A stretch of 64,000 bases of DNA from the human T2T-CHM13v2.0 reference genome, Homo sapiens, in assembly GCF_009914755.1 (NCBI RefSeq), contig NC_060943.1, one strand, 5' to 3'. The position numbers and the translations under genes were made by a program. The notes beneath the pieces are model-generated. The model was not told the DNA's origin and made no database searches. It was given only the letters and a program-made list of their open reading frames with translations. Shown in pieces: positions 50,710 through 64,000 of this stretch. Positions within the stretch are counted from its first letter, which is position 1. Every line of letters starts with the position of its first letter.

Positions 50710-51044
50710 TAATTCATAATATACCCTAAAGATTTTATTTCTCTTTTTTTGCAGAATTTTTTTAGTAATTTATTCTTTTCATAAAAGAGTTTCAGATCCA
50801 CTTTTTCCAGAAAATCTTCAGAATTTGTTCATTTAGAAAAGAATTTCTTCAAGATGTTTCATCTTAATCCAGACTTTCCACATTCCTGAGTTGAGCTGTA
50901 TTCTTCACTCTAAATTAGTGGTAATTCCAGAAACTTAGTGGCATAAAATATTGTTGCCCCACCTGAAAATCTAATTGCCACCACCAATTTTTGATTCAGT
51001 AGTACCAGATAGTAAAATTAAGAAACCGGCATATTGAAAGTATT

Positions 51045-51077
51045 CTTCCTTCCTTTTTTTTTCTTTCTTTCTCTTTT

Positions 51078-51137
<60 letters not shown>

Positions 51138-51538
51138 TCCTTCTTTGTTTCTTTGTTTCTTTCTTTCTCTTTCTTTCTTCTTTCTTTCTCTCTCTCTTTC
51201 TCTCTTTCTTTCTTTCTTCTTTCCTTCTTTTTTTTTCCTTTTTTTTTTTTTTTTTTTTGAAGAGTTTCACTCTTGTTGCCCAGGCTGGAGTGCAATGGTA
51301 TGATCTCCGCTCACCACAACATCCACTTCCTGGGTTCAAGCAATTCTCTTGCCTCAGCCTCCTGAGTAGCTGGGATTAGAGGCCTGTGCCACCATGCCCG
51401 GCTAATTTTTTGTATTTTTAGTAGAGATGGGGTTTCTCTATGATGGTAAGGCTGGTCTTGAACTCCTGACCTCAGGTTATCCACCACCTCAGCCTCCCAA
51501 CGTGCTAGGATTACAGGTGTGAGCCACTGCACCTGGCT
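51045..51538 (-). mobile_element. AluS whose tail has expanded into a ~210-bp (TTTC)n/pyrimidine tract (51045-51258)
   Basis: Directly visible; TSD tgaaagtatt. Confidence 0.92.
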
Positions 51539-51696
51539 GAAAGTATTTTCTAAATATTTATAAATTTCTGTTATGAATTAGTATTTTGGTATTAATTTAC
51601 TAGAATATTTTATTATATCTGCTCTGCTGAGCACATTTAGTAATGTGCTTATAATTGGAGAATATGAGCAAGACTCATGTTATTTATTTTTAATAA

Positions 51697-51807
<111 letters not shown>

Positions 51808-52084
51808 TGAAAATGAATACAAGAGACGACAGAGATAAGAGGTCCCAAGGTCAATGAGAAAGCAAGTTTTTAAAATGTGATTCAGGAAGCTGTGTTCCAA
51901 AGGAAATAGTTCCTGGGCAGCTGTGTTATTTGTTTATTTATTTATTTAATTTTGCTCCTACAAAGGGGCATCTTCTGTCTTATGATTTTAAATTCTCTAA
52001 GGATTCCACTTTTCTTTTGGTGAGCTTCCTTCAAGTTCACAGTGAGAGCCAAAGTCCTCTTCATGGCATATAAGAGACTGCACA

Positions 52085-59003
<6,919 letters not shown>

Positions 59004-59344
59004 CCTTTTATTTGTTTGTATATTTCTTTCTTCCTTTCCTTCTTTATTTCTAGAAGCATGTTCGTTTTAAAATATAAATTATGAATATTAAAAATCTTCT
59101 TTTCTCTGTCTTTGATTACTATTATGGCTGATTTAAAAATAAGTTTTGGAAGAAGAGAAAACGGCAGGGCGGCAGCGGCTGTAGGTTGTGCGGCGGCAGC
59201 GGCTCTTCCCTGGGTGGACGATGGACAGCCAGAGCAGGAAGGTGGTGGTGTGCGACAATGACACTGGGTTTGTGAAGTGTGGATATGCAGGCTCCAACTT
59301 TCCAGAACACATCTTCCCAGCTTTGGTTGGAAGATCTATTATCA

Positions 59345-59854
59345 TGTAATGCCCAACCTTGTTTTTTCCTTTATTTACCTAGCCTTGTTTCTCCCTTAGC
59401 TAAGAGAACCAGACAAACTCCATCTTGGCTCTTTCACTGGCAGCCCCTTCCTCAAGGACTTAACTTGTGCAAGGTGACTCCCAGCACATCCAAGAATGCA
59501 ATTAACTGATAAGATACTGTGGCAAGCTGTATCCGCACTCCCCAAGAATTCATCTGATTGATAACGCCCAAAGCCCCGCGTTTATCACCTTGTAATAGTC
59601 TTAAAGCCCCTGCACCTGGAACTGTTTACTTTCCTGTAACCATTTACCTTTTAACTTTTTGACTACTTAACTTCTGTAAAATTGTTCTAACTAGACACCC
59701 CTCCCCTTCCTAAACCAAGGTATAAAAGTTAATCAAGCCCCTTCCTCTGGGCCGAGAGAACTTTGCACGTTAGCCGTCTCTCGGTCGCCGGCTAATAAAG
59801 GACTCTTAATTCATCTCAAAGTGTGGCGTTTTCCTAACTCGCTAGGGTACAACA
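59345..59854 (+). mobile_element. Solo ERV1 LTR (LTR6/HERV-T-like) inserted in ACTR2 codon 42
   Basis: TG...CA termini, perfect 4-bp TSD atca, TATA (gtataaaag ~59720), AATAAA ~59794; family call from memory of the tgtaatgcccaacc start. Confidence 0.88.
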
Positions 59855-59899
59855 ATCAGATCAACCACCAAAGTGGGAAACATTGAAATCAAGGATCTT

Positions 59900-60919
59900 A
59901 TGGTTGGTGATGAGGCAAGTGAATTACGATCAATGTTAGAAGTTAACTACCCTATGGAAAATGGCATAGTACGAAATTGGGATGACACGAAACACCTGTG
60001 GGACTACACATTTGGACCAGAGAAACCTAATATAGATACCAGAAATTGTAAAATATTACTCACAGAACCTCTTATGAACCCAACCAAAAACAGAGAGAAG
60101 ATGGTAGAGGTAATGTTTGAAACTTACCAGTTTTCCGGTGTATATGTAGCCATCCAGGCAGTTCTGACTTTGTACGCTCGAGGTTTATTGACTGCTGTAG
60201 TGGTAGACTCTGGAGATGGCGTGACTCACATTTACCCAGTATTAGAAGGCTTTTCTCTCCCTCATCTTACCAGGAGACTGGATATTGCTGGGAGGGATAT
60301 AACTAGATATCTTATCAAGCTACTTCTGTTGCAAGGATACACCTTCAACCACTCTGCTGATTTTGAAACGGTTCGCATGATTAAAGAAAAACTGTGTTAC
60401 GTGGGATATAATATTGTGCAAGAGCAGAAACTGGCCTTAGAAACCACAGTATTAGTTGAATCTTATACACTCCCAGATGGAGGAATCATCAAAGTTGGGG
60501 GAGAGAGATTTGAAACACCAGAAGCTTTATTTCAGCCTCACTTGATCAATGTTGAAGGAGTTGGTGTTGCTGAATTGCTTTTTAACACAATTCAGGCGGC
60601 TGACATTGATACCAGATCTGAATTCTACAAACACATTGTGCTTTCTGGAGGGTCTACTATGTATCCTGGCCTGTCATCACGGTTGAAACGAGAACTTAAA
60701 CAGCTTTACTTAGAAAGAGTTTTGAAGGATGATGCGGAAAAACTTCCTAAATTTAAGATCTGCATTGAAGACCCATCCCGCAGAAAGCACATGGTATTCT
60801 TGGGTGGTGCAGTTCTAGCGGATATCATGAAAGACAAAGACAATTTTTGGATGACCCGACAGGAGTACCAAGAAAAGGGTGTCCTTGTGCTAGAGAAACT
60901 TGGTGTGACTGTTCGATAA
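59900..60919 (+). CDS. Residual open frame of the ACTR2 retrocopy from an internal Met (Arp2 Met56-Arg394 equivalent, 339 aa); translation unproven
   Basis: No stop or frameshift in track ORF 59873-60919; first ATG at 59900. Confidence 0.3.
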
Positions 60920-61746
60920 ACTCCAAAGCTTGTTCCCATCACACCCGTAATGCTTTCTTTTTTCTTTTATTGCCAATCTTTGAACTCATTCAACTCCAGG
61001 ATATGGAAGAAGCCTTTCTCTACCCTTTGACTGGAAAGGTCAAGTTTTATTCTGGTGTCTTGGGGGAGCTTTGTTAAATTTTTGTTAATGTGGGTAAATC
61101 TGAATTTAATTCAACTGCTTCCCTACATAGACTAGAGGGCTAAGGATTCTGTCTGCTGCTTTGTTTCTTCTAAGTAGGCATTTAGATATTCCTGTAGGCT
61201 TCCTATTTTCACTTTACCTCTCTAATGCTGCTAGTCACTAGGTGGTACGCATTTATTAGCATAAGAAAAAAACTTTAACAGGAGCTTTTACATATTACTG
61301 GGATTGGGGGTGGTTTGGGATGGGTGGGCAGCTGCTGAACCCTTTAGAGCATTTCCTCTGTAATGTGGTGCTTTCAACTGTACTGCTGCAGCTTTAAGTA
61401 CCTTAAAGCTTCTCCTGTGAACATCTTAGTGAAATGTTAGGTTCAGAACTAAAGTGTTTTGGGTAGATTTTGTTGCTGGGGAGGGTAACAGTGGGTGGTC
61501 TGATTTTTATTTTTGAGGTTTTTCACACTGGAGTACATAGAGGAACTTTATTTACAGTATTTTGATTTGGCAGGTTTTCTTCTACTTGTGCTCTGCCTGG
61601 AGCTGTTTCCATATGATAAAAAAAGCAAGTGTAGTATTCCATTACTATGTGGCTTAGGGATTTATTTGTTTTTTAAAATCAACCACGTTAGCTGGGACTA
61701 GACTCCCTACAATCCTTCAATGGAAAAGTAACATTTAAAAATCCTT

Positions 61747-62051
<305 letters not shown>

Positions 62052-62305
62052 TCCTTTGGGTAATTCAAATTACAGATTTGAAAGTGCTTAAGATCTGGTG
62101 TTTTGTTAATGCTTCTGTTTATTCCGGAAGCATTAAGGTAACCCATTGCCAAGTATCATTCTTGCAAATTATTCTCTTATATAACTGACCAGTGTGTAAT
62201 AAAACAAGCAGGTACTTATAAATAATTACTGGCAGTAGGTTATAATTGGTGGTTTAAAAATAACGTTGGAATACAGGACTTGTTGCCAATTGGGTAATTT
62301 TCATT

Positions 62306-62545
62306 TTTCTTTCTTTTTTTTTTTTTTTTTGAGACAGCGTCTTGCTCTGTCGCCCAGGCTGGAGTTCAGTGGCATGATCTCAACTCACTGCAAGCTCCAC
62401 CTCCTGGGTTCACACCATTCTTCTGCCTCAGCCTCCAGGGTAGCTGGGACTACAGGTGCCCGCCAACACGCCCCGCTAATTTTTTGTATATTTAATAGAG
62501 ACGGGGTTTCACTCTGTTAGCCAGGATGGTCTTATCTCCTGACCG
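62306..62545 (-). mobile_element. 5'-truncated AluY
   Basis: TSD attgggtaattttcatt on both sides. Confidence 0.9.
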
Positions 62546-62881
62546 ATTGGGTAATTTTCATTAGTTGTTTTATTTGTTTTGATTTGAAACCTAATTTGAC
62601 TGTTTAAAATGTTGGCCAAAAAAATCAAGATTTAAATTTTTTATTTGTACTGAAAAACTAATCATAACTTAATTTTCAGCCATCTTTGAAGCTTGAAAGA
62701 AGAGTCTTTGGTATTTTGTAAACATTAGCAGACTTTCCTGTCAGTGTCAGAAAATCCTATTTATGAATCCTGTTGATATTCCTTGGTATCTGAAAAAAAT
62801 ATCAAATAGTACCCATACATGAATTATTTCTAAGTTTGAAAAATAAAAAGAAACTACATCACACTAATTACAAAATACAAG

Positions 62882-63293
62882 TTTCTCTCGCATCCGTGTG
62901 GAGACCAACAAACAGGCTTTGTGTGAGCAACAAGGCTGTTTATTTCACCTGGGTGCAGGTGGGCTGAGTCTGAAAAGAGAGTCAGCCAAGGGAGATAAGG
63001 GTGGGGTCGTTTTATAAGATTTGGGTAGATAAAGGAAAATTACAGTCAAAGGGGGGTTGTTCTCTGGAGGGCAGGAGTGGGGGTCACAAGGTGCTCAGTG
63101 GGGGAGTTTCTGAGCCAGGATGAGCCAGGAGAAGGAATTTCACAAGATAATGTCATCACTTAAGGCAAGGACTGGCCATTTTCACTTCTTTTGTGGTGGA
63201 ATGTCATCAGTTAAGGCAGGAACCACCCATCTGGATTTGTATGTGCAGGTCACAGGGGATATAATGGCTTAGCTTTGGCTCAGAGGCCTGAGA
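62882..63293 (-). mobile_element. Solo LTR7 (HERV-H) antisense in the ACTR2 retrocopy 3' UTR
   Basis: 'aaacaggctttgtgtgagcaacaaggctgtttatttcacctgggtgcagg' ... 'ggcttagctttggctcagaggcctga'; TSD acaag/acaaa. Confidence 0.92.
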
Positions 63294-64000
63294 ACAAATT
63301 CTGGAAAAAAATATTTTTCTTCATTTTAAAACTTTTTTTTAAACTAATAATGGCTTTGAAAGAAGAGGCTTAATTTGGGGTGACTAAATTCAAAAGAAAT
63401 TATTGACTTGAGGGTCTCTGTTTGGTAAGAATACATAATTAGCTTAAATAAGCAGCAAAAGGTTAGTTTTAATTATGTAACTTCTGTTAATATTAAGTGT
63501 TTTTTGTCTGTTTTACCTCAATTTGAAAAGATAAGTTTGCCTGCATGCTGGACATGCCTCAGAACACATGAATAGCCCATACTAGATCTTAGGAACATGG
63601 ATCTTTGAGTCACTTTAGACTAAGTTCTTATATAAATATCCCCAGCTTTTTGAGAACAGAGCTTGTTAAAGGATGCACATGTAGGGCCAGTACCTACTGG
63701 CAATTGTGTTCAGGGAAATGGGATTGACTTGGCCATTTGTCCTTTGGTCATAATTTTAAAATGTGGGAGTAAAAAACAACAAAGAATTGAATGGACTCTT
63801 AAAACAATGAAAGAGCATTTATCATTTGTCCCTTGAATGTAGAATTTGTTTTTGATTTCATAATTCTGCTGGGAAACGTGACAGTTAAAATGGTGTATTA
63901 TGTATATATATTATAATTTAGAAATACCATTTTATAATTTTACTATTCCAAGGTGACATAATGCATTTAAATTTGGGATTTGGGTGGAGTATTATGTTTA

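Noticed and set aside
50971-51339. Lys/Glu/Arg-rich and Phe-rich ORFs
   Set aside because: Translations of the (TTTC)n tract

Overview
Human genomic DNA (an AluYb8 and an SVA are present) from a ZNF91-subfamily KRAB zinc-finger cluster, most likely 19p12; I cannot name the genes reliably. No intact host protein-coding gene is fully contained. From left to right: (1) the 3' end of a + strand ZNF gene with decayed C2H2 repeats (~323-2500). (2) A minus-strand KRAB-ZNF pseudogene with an intact CpG/CCAAT promoter and ATG exon 1 (~39793-39970). Its 31-kb intron 1 is built from a tandem duplication carrying an SVA and a 5'-inverted L1PA, its KRAB-A exon is cut off by an LTR-less ERV pol fragment, and no zinc-finger exon is visible. 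(3) Two converging class III (PBS-Ser) ERV remnants at the centre of an ancient head-to-head duplication. (4) A + strand sister KRAB pseudogene that lost its promoter and exon 1 but carries a sense HERV-E provirus. The proviral leader splice donor reads ATG|GTAAG, the same ATG|GT phase-0 structure as the lost exon 1, and the 3' LTR and most of intron 1 were deleted. (5) An ACTR2 processed pseudogene, split by a solo LTR6-like element but still open for 339 codons, with AluYb8, AluY and an antisense LTR7 in its 3' UTR. The best candidate novel system is the retrovirally rewired pair of KRAB genes, each predicted to give a ~50-aa KRAB-A-only peptide. Expression is untested inference. Repeat subfamily calls are by eye and boundaries are approximate unless a TSD is cited.
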